64,000 nt of DNA, from the sequence record MN047793.1. One strand, 5' to 3'. Under the pieces are notes generated by a model. It searched no databases. It had not been told where the DNA came from and saw only the letters and a list, made by a program, of their open reading frames with translations. Both the position numbers and the translations under genes were made by a program. Each line of letters opens with the position of its first letter. Position 1 is the first letter of the stretch. Shown piece by piece: positions 30,501 to 37,217 of the stretch.

Positions 30501-31409
30501 CAACAGGTATTCACCAATAAAGACCTATCGCGTGATACTATCATTTCCGTGCTGAGCAACCCAAATACTCAATTCGAATATGTGAATATCGAAGAGTTCT
30601 TGTCCCGTCATAACTTCGCAACTCCGGAAGATATTATTCAGGCAATGAATGAAATCTATGTAAACTTCTCAGTGTCTGAAGTTAATAAGATTTTCTTCGC
30701 AGTATTACATGATGCCATGAGTTTGAAGATGGAGCATGCAGAAATATTCAAGACATCATGGGTAGGACTCCAGATTTCTAAGAATGTAGTACCATCAATT
30801 GCTGTACCATACGATGAACTTCGTTTGGTTCCTGGCCCAGATTGTGCGACAACACCCCCCGCACCATCACCGACACCATCCCCAACAAGTACACCAAATC
30901 CGTCAACCACGCCTACACCGACACCCAGTCCCACACCATCAAATAATATTTGTGGTGGTGGAGTTAATGACAGAGTATTGGAAGAAAGTGAGGGACGCAT
31001 TACTGAAGATGGAGAATGTAGAACATTAGAGCCGAATGCTGTCCCGGTAACACCTACACCGACACCATCTCCTCGTGTTGCTGTTACTGTTGTAGGTGTC
31101 ATCACAATCGATTCGGAAGGTGGTTACCATTTTGATATTGGTACATATTGTGGGTCAAGTCCTATAACTTCACTACAATTTTTGGGAGATAGTGAATTAA
31201 GTCAAGATGTCACATTAACATGTGGAGGAACCGCATTGCCAGGAATTTATTATGCATATAATAAGCCTGCGGCTACATTAATTGGTAATGAATGGTATAC
31301 TGCAAATATAGATTTTCCTCCAACAGCCGAACGCTATATTGTAAGAACCTTGATAAATGGTAATGAAACAATCTATCTCCGATTAGTTAACCCAAATTCA
31401 GAGGTATAA
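21591..31409 (+). CDS. Giant baseplate wedge protein (gp7-like, 3272 aa) with Thr/Pro-rich C-terminal linkers
   Basis: Follows gp6; FNWVPPIDMDKMVNYRDYYW, QFWQGMIQNKGT, DEFWAYKVAEFG motifs; late promoter ACTAAATA 21554-21561; GTG start. Confidence 0.7.
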   Translation: MADKNSDYKKKHLNLNDFLPATNRGEFMDSLNKNLFNRYLTKDEFDHIVGIIGDADPNDKINKQITERSSFRQANQLQPVVSKKIGSINHFMSFEDFMTRIGRTGVDTDKFDEWGNALQFNWVPPIDMDKMVNYRDYYWDSLVNRDHSIPQYITIKSQQNWSAARFRQSLKTLVDVVGLTNVASANASQKKIAIAGNLVDTFRAGEHFVLSQADGSLDLLSIRNVTLNVATGNTELETNEAFSTSTPLTAYLTRADISVTSISGNKVTVSGDFSNLLIKDYVIGINTSALKLMEIESSSFDALTNVTTITVAGLNQNNFTKISLFPTVSLMQAEAEVSVNPTSILPQGQWSNDTIGKLLWYSNTELLNGSTGRTVFGSTLLEDITKDFTAFGIQTSDLLEIAEGNKGSGLYSVAAVSPTQIFTNNQFFSAQNISYRVIRPFSVESISSTVSPGNVSPNALWFNPTNDSLYQWNGSTWNIVLVGLSLLKTLISDRKVVNYSNKNDWTADNHWVHRSQITEYTGMIRAQMPIIEYFPYIELSETSYSTKLWRYRKDVNSTYLTSSTPPKLVELFNFRYSGNEFAFTDLRTMVFHNKYGNFVSELKAGDVMRLSGFTQNDGLYTVKSVSFAQPSQNARAVSTIEFDNPIIATNDLPIGATFAPELTANGDKFTGLSSKHWEFGGITDISASSLLPEKNPMLDINVGTVTSNGFESIIGLYSQTYSSQGNVLVEPTLFFDNSLHDLVLYDDYQEGDIRVYVNGERLYGAFEDFASNINPDYVGGIRFINGYTVRSTDVIRIELGEYALADIGLRAVEVNTASGPVLYNLTNIRKIEQRKGEGNQYPYFALRDIFGKRLNLATSIFRFLESDTSPVNSNTLKRIVSTGDGTDYSFVQELKNPQTGQLYCYYDFQQIGDELQTIWKRGTYSEQYVPLKIDGQWEMPNQWYYNVSHDNYTEVKLTEIFRHFKSIIDVQSQPGLFSKTSGLFFLDDQINYGIGGTIKEHNDGFDSLVSSILVENGNPVTVIEFAKNQYDNQLRYIKERFYQEAASLFLADETVITANDLQSFITDSLINYVENNGKFDQWFGDSTSYNPTTKLGVRNWIASLPQFGLEARQRPYIVKDSDQNLYEVHCHDGHVVNVAFTPAMNEQLLRRAVGKSPSITQLVTNENVPFPTTVNGNQLSIGTYLIRTNTVAKTRKLYRATQLGVWQELDLNSIFANAVLELETRLYNTLDVNTDAINFKSVYDFSKVESNSGYSSLMEEQFQAYAVTEGIDSPLVNTSRFRQNNPFTWNYYHSPIKNDPLTGNISYNTAGTWQALYENVYGTAYPHLEPWKLQGYVNKPTWWDTEYADITGLRRWKIVMWANVFNGIVPTSGTTPAGNPGTSVPGQITNRFSYLPVNVSGTTTDDGYAPDDILPPYWNSINTSDTRVRGLYDPNFGEFVTTPQLNFEFGQNGLVEWQWKQSNAYAYDRLIVAYKLDPMRFMHQTFGAEYQVVSCLQISKETEKVFSHSDMIFHGDYQDDTNDIYRAHGLNQWYVHYNRYSGFDGVSSEFRSLWKEWETDLAYLVGAFLDTPSFRINSDFFDITTKDYEIAVKKTKGIRDVWLNSLNATAITVPSQYAKLRDQGIGWTVEFANTNPVSRPIEYFATQNYSVNLNTGTSTFRTYSYPLKSADVTAARGYQQATFNSPVALNLLTGLSNQTYTANITFNNTTTVSLSIAGTTVTTFSDLIDNINNQLGTSGVMVIENGNLVVYSGNSTSSTSVEIADGNLFNAITGFVSFEDPATTSNKFEKVFRIDGNFYGTFVDAGSIIIRNAGVFNGTYTISNVYYDSATFQTLVFVNESVTLPTTGAVPVTGVIEPVNAKTLPDEWTTGTVVYFNTTGYLPNNLDDELPYYLIRVNAREFRVAETAEAAEKGIAITPSGNAMGEVFIGNILMTFNALGGTLTDYNWRRHAVDTRYVENSSTLSISGIQQMVDFLTGFDEYSQAQGFRYRNVNGENADPVTGRNNDWQTETEKFINWLYALRNSQQETMLRYDVVGNASNNALAMTSGSVPNWANGTAVVLLPQNGSTLPPEFDNPLSSTVPYYVIRVANNTNEFKLAATAYDAAKGNAITLTGNGSGTFQVMVYKAITKFPSYELNPFKNYIWINHETGVLANVLDDDYTDPMSASRLFDNNLLELNAQNVLVFREDKESRISLTGDSITNNESGKTNSYMAGMHLFFDGFEHMIRFEDRSVDNSLIYDSFFGLNTPRFYVEFDRQQDFTLRPNVGGFFMSGSSLVQNFESTVNDMRYYYDSVKAPEGRATTDLVRQSLGYDGAKEYMDDLKINPKTQFQFWQGMIQNKGTNKAVTAFVNQDTFDTALVDEFWAYKVAEFGDNKERNHIEMKLLPSDVVKNELRVEFIAPENTAVDSTFTSVALTDLSRWWNQPDQIQAMSPNEAFFFNAKVVNYIADLAPWIKVVNGKRIFQSPSYYMDAVVVTYFNPLTKKTVTLNEGLEYKFLNAKIIEFMVDLNTLPTVSMSMLSYDYDSQNPAKVIDKDAGQVVATLPIWNPAMGHYFDAAYYAVDLHRPTDPAIYTNSLDGSDTGNATWKNNHVGTVWLDNKLEQYVPYYDKTVYPSTGARISRWGKLAPWAEINLYQWTRTLIAPEDYDEIARRQSYDMSIADADKETGTTYKRLYLNSNALDPETSNLDPFWVEVKDTHYDFTAGLSEDSMNNTLGGKVVEVYINAVYRETIEFEDGNAVRAYFTQFNFGDYCHVIARAEVPTSEQLEAGVYRYFTPHTIEKRFDVKSGQTYNVYYYWVTDKKQPLSDLNPSVSLYSAKRQLTDMSEPYIILQGLRTPDFGYGLIFGHVFDEFAFNLPYRYTQMVAKGLHGTVKDNNRSIIRFTRDFTLRDKLDADSITPKNRHEEWKLFREQQLEKVDRYLWNKITEALIGFRLSTDYNSANTNKPIPSLNRILFDRLYQADTQYGLGDQQVFTNKDLSRDTIISVLSNPNTQFEYVNIEEFLSRHNFATPEDIIQAMNEIYVNFSVSEVNKIFFAVLHDAMSLKMEHAEIFKTSWVGLQISKNVVPSIAVPYDELRLVPGPDCATTPPAPSPTPSPTSTPNPSTTPTPTPSPTPSNNICGGGVNDRVLEESEGRITEDGECRTLEPNAVPVTPTPTPSPRVAVTVVGVITIDSEGGYHFDIGTYCGSSPITSLQFLGDSELSQDVTLTCGGTALPGIYYAYNKPAATLIGNEWYTANIDFPPTAERYIVRTLINGNETIYLRLVNPNSEV
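30849..31073 (+). repeat. Pro/Thr/Ser-rich low-complexity repeats in the giant wedge protein
   Basis: TTPPAPSPTPSPTSTPNPSTTPTPTPSPTPS (30849-30941) and VPVTPTPTPSP (31041-31073). Confidence 0.9.
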
Positions 31410-31412
31410 ATA
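31405..31412 (+). promoter_or_regulatory. Late promoter TATAAATA
   Basis: Exact consensus overlapping the wedge stop codon. Confidence 0.7.
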
Positions 31413-31447
31413 TGAAAAAATATCTAAAACTACAGGATTCAATTTAA

Positions 31448-32107
31448 ATGTCAAAACGTATTTCCGAATTAGATAATGCCTCACAGATTCCAGCTAATCC
31501 AAACTCACTACTTGAGATTGCAGAACCCAACAATGGGTCACCATCTGGTTACGTAAGTCGAAAGATACCATTATCTTCGATTGGCGGATCAGGAAGTAGT
31601 GGGCCAAGTCATCGTTTTTATTTTTCTGGAACAGAGATATTAGATGGCTTTACATCATTTACATTTGCGAGAATTAATTACAGTGATCTATATCTACTAA
31701 CTCCGTCTGAGGTTACACAGAATGGTAGTTTTGAAGCTGCAACTATCGATGTTTCATTATCTGTAGTAGGTAGTGATGAAGGTACTAATCGAGTAGGAGC
31801 CTCATCATCAAGAATCGTATATCTTCGTGATGACTATACTTACATGAATTATTTGGCTAGCGGTTCTTCAAATTTGAATAGTAATTCAGCACCTATTAGT
31901 TTACCATATTTTGTGCCAGATTATTTCGGTAATAGCCTTCCTCCAATAATTACTAATGTTATATTTGATGATGATATCAATATGTTCTCTATTAACGCGA
32001 GCATTGCTACTAATCCCTACGGATCAATGCCACAAGAGATTACATATCGTGGATATCTTGACATCACAGTCGTACGTAGTATGACAGGTTCTATTCCACA
32101 AACATGA
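31448..32107 (+). CDS. Putative virion structural protein
   Basis: MSKRISEL N-terminus typical of fibre/appendage proteins; in late operon. Confidence 0.5.
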   Translation: MSKRISELDNASQIPANPNSLLEIAEPNNGSPSGYVSRKIPLSSIGGSGSSGPSHRFYFSGTEILDGFTSFTFARINYSDLYLLTPSEVTQNGSFEAATIDVSLSVVGSDEGTNRVGASSSRIVYLRDDYTYMNYLASGSSNLNSNSAPISLPYFVPDYFGNSLPPIITNVIFDDDINMFSINASIATNPYGSMPQEITYRGYLDITVVRSMTGSIPQT

Positions 32108-32688
32108 TAGATGTTCATATATTATTGATGGGTGATGAACGCTCCGATTTACTAGAGCAATGTCTAAACTCATTAAAATATGAACCTATAACATTGCATA
32201 AATGTGATGGAGTTCCGGGAGATATACGTACTGCTAGAGCGAACGCTATAAGCCAGGGAACAAATGATTATGTTGGCTGGGTAGACCCTGATGACTTCAT
32301 AATTCCGGGAGCATACCAATTGCTGTTGGATAATATTGGCGATAAAAAGTTTGCTTGGTGTAATGAAGAAGTATGGCATATGACTCCAGACCTAAGTGCG
32401 GTTACTGCGACTCATATACGCAAGCGACCCCACCATATGCATATTATCCATCGTAGTTTAATTAACTACAACCTGATTCGTAATGAGGTTCCAAGAAGAA
32501 CCCCAGATCGATGGGTAGAAATGCTTACTAAGCAGGGAGTACATGTAAATTCTGTAGGCTATGTTTGGAGAGAATATTCAACATCAGCTTCACGAATATT
32601 ATTCGCTCCTGATGATGAACAATGGCACGAACAACGTAGGAAGCATTTTCTACAACAGAATACTTCGATAAATAAGACAACTAATTAA
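32104..32688 (+). CDS. GT-A fold glycosyltransferase (GT2-like)
   Basis: LEQCLNSL, ARANAI..G.NDYVGWVDPDD (DxDD) signature. Confidence 0.75.
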   Translation: MIDVHILLMGDERSDLLEQCLNSLKYEPITLHKCDGVPGDIRTARANAISQGTNDYVGWVDPDDFIIPGAYQLLLDNIGDKKFAWCNEEVWHMTPDLSAVTATHIRKRPHHMHIIHRSLINYNLIRNEVPRRTPDRWVEMLTKQGVHVNSVGYVWREYSTSASRILFAPDDEQWHEQRRKHFLQQNTSINKTTN

Positions 32689-32699
32689 GGTTTGTATAA

Positions 32700-33908
32700 A
32701 TGTCTAACCCAATAACACTAAATCTACCGATCCAGATTAATACCAGAGTTTTAATTTATGATGTTGATACTGGGGATGTTTTGGTAGATAAACCCAACTC
32801 CATCCATAGCCAAAATATGGCCCGCGTACTTTCACGAGGATTAGCCCACGAAGCTAATAACTACATTTATCGTATGGCTTTTGGTAATGGTGGAACTTTC
32901 CGTGATGCTGCGGGTAATCTGGTATATAATCCACCGAACGATGGTCGTGGCGGAAGCTGGGAAGACCGATTATACAATGAAACTTATTCAGAAGTTATTG
33001 ACGATATCGACCCATTATTTGGTGAGGACCCCGGCTCTGCCGAGTCTGGTAATATTCGTCCAGGCGGTGGTGCTATTCCTACCGATGATCCAACTGGCGG
33101 TGGTGTGGTCTCACAGGAAGTCGGAACTAAGTCTAATGTGACATGCACGGTATATTTAAACAATAATGAACCAATGGGACAGGTAGAATCCCATTATGAT
33201 GCCACCACTATTGCAAATCCGGATAGTCGCTGCTTCCAATTTGACGAACTTGGTTTATACAGTGCTGGTGCACCCGCTACAGCAACTAATGGATACTCTG
33301 CGGTAAATGTTGGCGAATCCACCTCAGAAACGCTCTCCAGGCTCGCCACATCAACGACGTATCAGATATCGGTAGATGTGGATGGTGTTACGTACAGTGC
33401 CGTTCTAACGACGCCTGCTGGCGGTACAGGAGCTACCGGTGGCCTCACACTAGGAGATATCTGTGAAGGTATTAACACTGGTGCATGGATTGTATCTGGT
33501 GACCCAATCCAAGACCATGTGTACGTCTATGTTACTGACCGTTCTGGTGGTACCTATCCAACAATTATTGGTAAACAATCGTACGGATTCTTACTCTTCC
33601 AAAGTCGTACGGTTGGTTCAGGGTCAAGCGTAAATCTAAATTGTTCAACTGCATCTGCTACAAACTTCTTCAATGTCTTGACAAATGGATCATGCGTCAA
33701 TGTAAACGTCAATCAAGAAGCTGGTGAAAATGCGGGCGTTGCTAATGACCCAACTAATTCAGCTAACGAACGTGAAAGACTATTGACACATCTAATTTTT
33801 GACCCTATCCTTAAGTCAACATACAGGTCGTTGAAGATTGTGTATGTACTAACGGTATCAGTACCAAAGACGACGGACAGTCAAGTAGCACTGGTAACAG
33901 GGGCATAA
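32700..33908 (+). CDS. Conserved baseplate/tail structural protein
   Basis: NSIH..NM...L.RGL, MAFGNGGT, FDELGL, LLTHLIFDPILKS..RSLKIVY.L pattern; late-type promoters upstream. Confidence 0.55.
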   Translation: MSNPITLNLPIQINTRVLIYDVDTGDVLVDKPNSIHSQNMARVLSRGLAHEANNYIYRMAFGNGGTFRDAAGNLVYNPPNDGRGGSWEDRLYNETYSEVIDDIDPLFGEDPGSAESGNIRPGGGAIPTDDPTGGGVVSQEVGTKSNVTCTVYLNNNEPMGQVESHYDATTIANPDSRCFQFDELGLYSAGAPATATNGYSAVNVGESTSETLSRLATSTTYQISVDVDGVTYSAVLTTPAGGTGATGGLTLGDICEGINTGAWIVSGDPIQDHVYVYVTDRSGGTYPTIIGKQSYGFLLFQSRTVGSGSSVNLNCSTASATNFFNVLTNGSCVNVNVNQEAGENAGVANDPTNSANERERLLTHLIFDPILKSTYRSLKIVYVLTVSVPKTTDSQVALVTGA

Positions 33909-33930
33909 GGTTAGTGGTTTTTCCTAATGC

Positions 33931-33957
33931 AAAAAGCCCGCTTTCGCGGGCTTTTTT
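33931..33957. terminator. Bidirectional intrinsic terminator
   Basis: AAAAAGCCCGC-TTTC-GCGGGCTTTTTT between convergent operons. Confidence 0.9.
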
Positions 33958-33972
33958 ATTGCACTCTACACT

Positions 33973-35613
33973 TTAATTTGTGTAGAGGTCATTTTCGCGA
34001 CGTGTACTGCCGTCATAATGATACACCCGATTATGGTTAATTGGAGTAGCCAATAGACTGCCTACCTTTAGCTTTCCGTCACGCATGTGCATCATAGTTT
34101 GACTCATCCAAGTCTGTTCATACAGTCCTGCATAACGAACTTCCATGAATACTACCTGTGTACCTTTTTTAGTAAACATGATCGGCCAATTACAGTAGTG
34201 GTATTCACCTACAGCATAAGGTAGTCCTTTATGGGTTCCAGTATAGTCGATCTTTACTTTCCATACTTCAGTACCATCTTCACGGTCAGGGAAGTATTCG
34301 GACTTTTTACTTAGAGGTAAATTCTCCCATGCCCAGTTCTTATGGTTATCACCATAAAACTCACTGAATGCCAATTTCAAGTAATCTAGTTTTTCAGATT
34401 TCATGATATCTAGGCATTTATCAAACAGGTCATTATGATAGGTACTAAAGCCACTCTTACATAGACCAGCACCGGGAGCATGGAATAACATATCGTCTTC
34501 GAAAAATACCATGTATTCGTGCTTAGACGCTAAGAAATGTTCGGCTGCAAACTGTCTCCCGCCATTGATGCCAATGTTATCTTTTTTAAATACCTCAAAC
34601 CCATACTGCGTAAATAGTTCTTGGTAACGATCAGCTACTCGTGGGTCAGTAGAATTATCAATCACGTATTTACGAACTTCTTTGAATTCTTTCGGGAATG
34701 TTTCAGACATCGACTTAGCCCATAATTCAAACTGTTGAGGTAAATTATACGTTAACACGTAGAATGCCAGTTCTTCTTCCACATCCATAACTGGCTTGTC
34801 TTTTAAATCTTGAAAATACTTATAAACTAAGCCGTTATTTTCAATCATACGTACATTTACTTTATTAGGATATTTGTAAGCAATAATAGTGAAAATTGAT
34901 TCCTCGGTTCCCATGAGGCGATTACCGAATGATTCTGACATTAGACCATAGTAAATATCATTGATTTCATTAATTGCGTGTTTTGGTCCACCGAATATGC
35001 CACCACGACAGACAAACTGGGTTTCTTTACCAGCCATACGATCCATGGCAGTTTTTTCGAAACCGTGCACTTCCACTGTACCGTCGTAAGGGAATGCCAC
35101 ATAAAGCATCTTGTTTAAGTCTGGAGTAATTCTACGTTCAAATTCCTTATCAATGTATCCTGCCGGATCACCGATAGTATTGGCAATACCAGCATCAATC
35201 CAAAGATAATATTTGGTGTCGAAAAAGTTAAAATGGGTAGCATCGTTCAGGTAGAACTGCTTAGACATTACTAATGGATTGTATAGTTCTAATTTAGCTT
35301 GTGTAGAATCTACAATCCATCCAGACTGACCATACCATTTAGGGTCCACTCGAATGTCTTGAATATCCTTATAGAAAGGAAACTCACGTAAATCATCTAG
35401 CGACTTAAACACTAGACGTGTATTCTCCCGGCTACGATGCTGCCAGATAACTTCTTCTAAGCTAGGCTCGCAGTAAATGACCATTGGGTAATCTACTTTA
35501 AGTAGCTTAGTAAAACTTTCTACATAATGATCAAACGAACGTTTGAAGCCTGATTCTAAATCTCCACGACCTAAATCAAACAGTGCGGTAACTAGGGTAA
35601 GGTTGCTGCTCAT
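33973..35613 (-). CDS. Two-domain glycosyltransferase: HtrL/YibB-like N-domain plus GT2-like C-domain
   Basis: TLVTALFDLGR, YNPLVMSK, YYLWIDAG, GGIFGG, EESI; then VLTYN, VIDNS, NIGINGGR, YMVFFEDD. Confidence 0.75.
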   Translation of the reverse strand: MSSNLTLVTALFDLGRGDLESGFKRSFDHYVESFTKLLKVDYPMVIYCEPSLEEVIWQHRSRENTRLVFKSLDDLREFPFYKDIQDIRVDPKWYGQSGWIVDSTQAKLELYNPLVMSKQFYLNDATHFNFFDTKYYLWIDAGIANTIGDPAGYIDKEFERRITPDLNKMLYVAFPYDGTVEVHGFEKTAMDRMAGKETQFVCRGGIFGGPKHAINEINDIYYGLMSESFGNRLMGTEESIFTIIAYKYPNKVNVRMIENNGLVYKYFQDLKDKPVMDVEEELAFYVLTYNLPQQFELWAKSMSETFPKEFKEVRKYVIDNSTDPRVADRYQELFTQYGFEVFKKDNIGINGGRQFAAEHFLASKHEYMVFFEDDMLFHAPGAGLCKSGFSTYHNDLFDKCLDIMKSEKLDYLKLAFSEFYGDNHKNWAWENLPLSKKSEYFPDREDGTEVWKVKIDYTGTHKGLPYAVGEYHYCNWPIMFTKKGTQVVFMEVRYAGLYEQTWMSQTMMHMRDGKLKVGSLLATPINHNRVYHYDGSTRRENDLYTN

Positions 35614-35618
35614 AAAAC

Positions 35619-36362
35619 TTAAATAATCCTCATAATTTTATCGTGATGTAAATACCTAAATGTATGTAGAACTGGATAAGGTCTCATGTAATCAAGTATT
35701 GGGTGATGCGGTAATTTTGATTCGCTCATTGCGTAGGAAATTTCCAAAGCTTCTATGAACGGATTTATGCCACGGTCATAACAGCGCCGTGTGATCATTT
35801 CCCATTGTGCCATAAACTCCCTAAATTCTTTACATTTAGGCTTGAAGAACATAAAAACCTCAATCGGCATACGGGCTTTGATATTAATTAGTTCAATACT
35901 GAGAGCCGTAGCTTTTGGCTCAGTCATAAACTGGAGAGCTACTTCTTCACATGGACGATTGCGGAAACGAGCAATAAGCCCTTTATCTTCGTGGTCAATA
36001 AACTGCTGCCATTCTTCTTCATTCCATCCAATCATAAATCCATCAGCATCAGCATGTACGATCATATCGTAATCCTGCATGCCGTAAGCTACTTTAGTAG
36101 GAAGCATTTTTAGATTATAATTGAATTGACGTTCGGCATACCAAATGTTTTGTTTGGTAACATCCTCGATAGCAAACAGCTTAACTCTATCTATTTTTTC
36201 TGGGTGATTACGCTCGACGTATCCAGAAAGTTCTTTAACGTCATCAGTGATAATCAGTATGTCACCTTTAGTCAATAATAGAACGCAATCAATTAAGGTG
36301 GTCACCTTAAAAGTGTATGCGGTACCGAGAGCTAACGTAGCAAATATGTATTTCTTATCCAT
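35619..36362 (-). CDS. GT-A fold glycosyltransferase (GT6/GT8-like)
   Basis: FATLALGTAY, ILIITDD, FNYNLK, IVHADAD (DxD); start moved to ATG 36362. Confidence 0.6.
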   Translation of the reverse strand: MDKKYIFATLALGTAYTFKVTTLIDCVLLLTKGDILIITDDVKELSGYVERNHPEKIDRVKLFAIEDVTKQNIWYAERQFNYNLKMLPTKVAYGMQDYDMIVHADADGFMIGWNEEEWQQFIDHEDKGLIARFRNRPCEEVALQFMTEPKATALSIELINIKARMPIEVFMFFKPKCKEFREFMAQWEMITRRCYDRGINPFIEALEISYAMSESKLPHHPILDYMRPYPVLHTFRYLHHDKIMRII

Positions 36363-37215
36363 GTAACACCTTGAAGAAGTCTGAAAAGCTAACATCTTCT
36401 CCAGGGCGATACATTTGTTCCCAATCTTCGTGATACCACGTATTGAAGCTGAATTGAGTGAAGTTGTCGGGATGTGCTTGATGAAGATGATACATAATCT
36501 CTTCTTCTTTTAGTAATACTCCATTATCGACTACTCGTTGCATATGATGGAATGCTTCAGCGATATACGATAATACTTGGTCGCGTTTTCCACCAAACAT
36601 TCCACCAATCACACCAAATTCTGGACGGTAACCGTAAACCTTTTGGAAGTCATCTGACCCATGGTTTACTTGTTTCGAGCGGATATTTAAAACTTTATCA
36701 CCAACATAATTACACAAATCGTTATAAAGATCACGATGTTGTGTAATCATATCAAAGTCATAAAAGTTTTTACTAGCTTCGGAACGGAATTTATTGGTAA
36801 TTAGACCACCATGAAATAGTCCGGCATCAATCCAAAAGATACTATCCGTATCATCAAGTTCTGAAACATTCTTCCATAACCAGATAAATTTACCCCACAT
36901 AATTTCCACACATCTAGAACGCCAAGCGGCTTCTGTAGTATATTTTGGGTCTACACCTTTAATTTTATCAATATCCGCATGATAATAGTTAGATTCTAAC
37001 TCTTCAGACACAACCTTAAGATTCGGGGTTGACGTAAAATATTTAACTAAGTCATCATAATGGCGAGATGAAGTATAACAGACGATAGAATATCCACCGT
37101 CTGCTAAAGATTTTAATGATTGAATATACCTATCATAGATGGCGGCGGTATTTCCATTCAGCCGCGTACCTTCTAATCCTGAATATATTGCAGTGACGAA
37201 CTGTGCCTTAAACAC
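36355..37215 (-). CDS. HtrL/YibB-like glycosyltransferase
   Basis: FVTAIY, IMWGKFIWL, IFWIDAGL, IGGMFGG, EEEIM motifs paralogous to 33973 N-domain. Confidence 0.7.
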   Translation of the reverse strand: MFKAQFVTAIYSGLEGTRLNGNTAAIYDRYIQSLKSLADGGYSIVCYTSSRHYDDLVKYFTSTPNLKVVSEELESNYYHADIDKIKGVDPKYTTEAAWRSRCVEIMWGKFIWLWKNVSELDDTDSIFWIDAGLFHGGLITNKFRSEASKNFYDFDMITQHRDLYNDLCNYVGDKVLNIRSKQVNHGSDDFQKVYGYRPEFGVIGGMFGGKRDQVLSYIAEAFHHMQRVVDNGVLLKEEEIMYHLHQAHPDNFTQFSFNTWYHEDWEQMYRPGEDVSFSDFFKVLHG

Positions 37216-37217
37216 GA

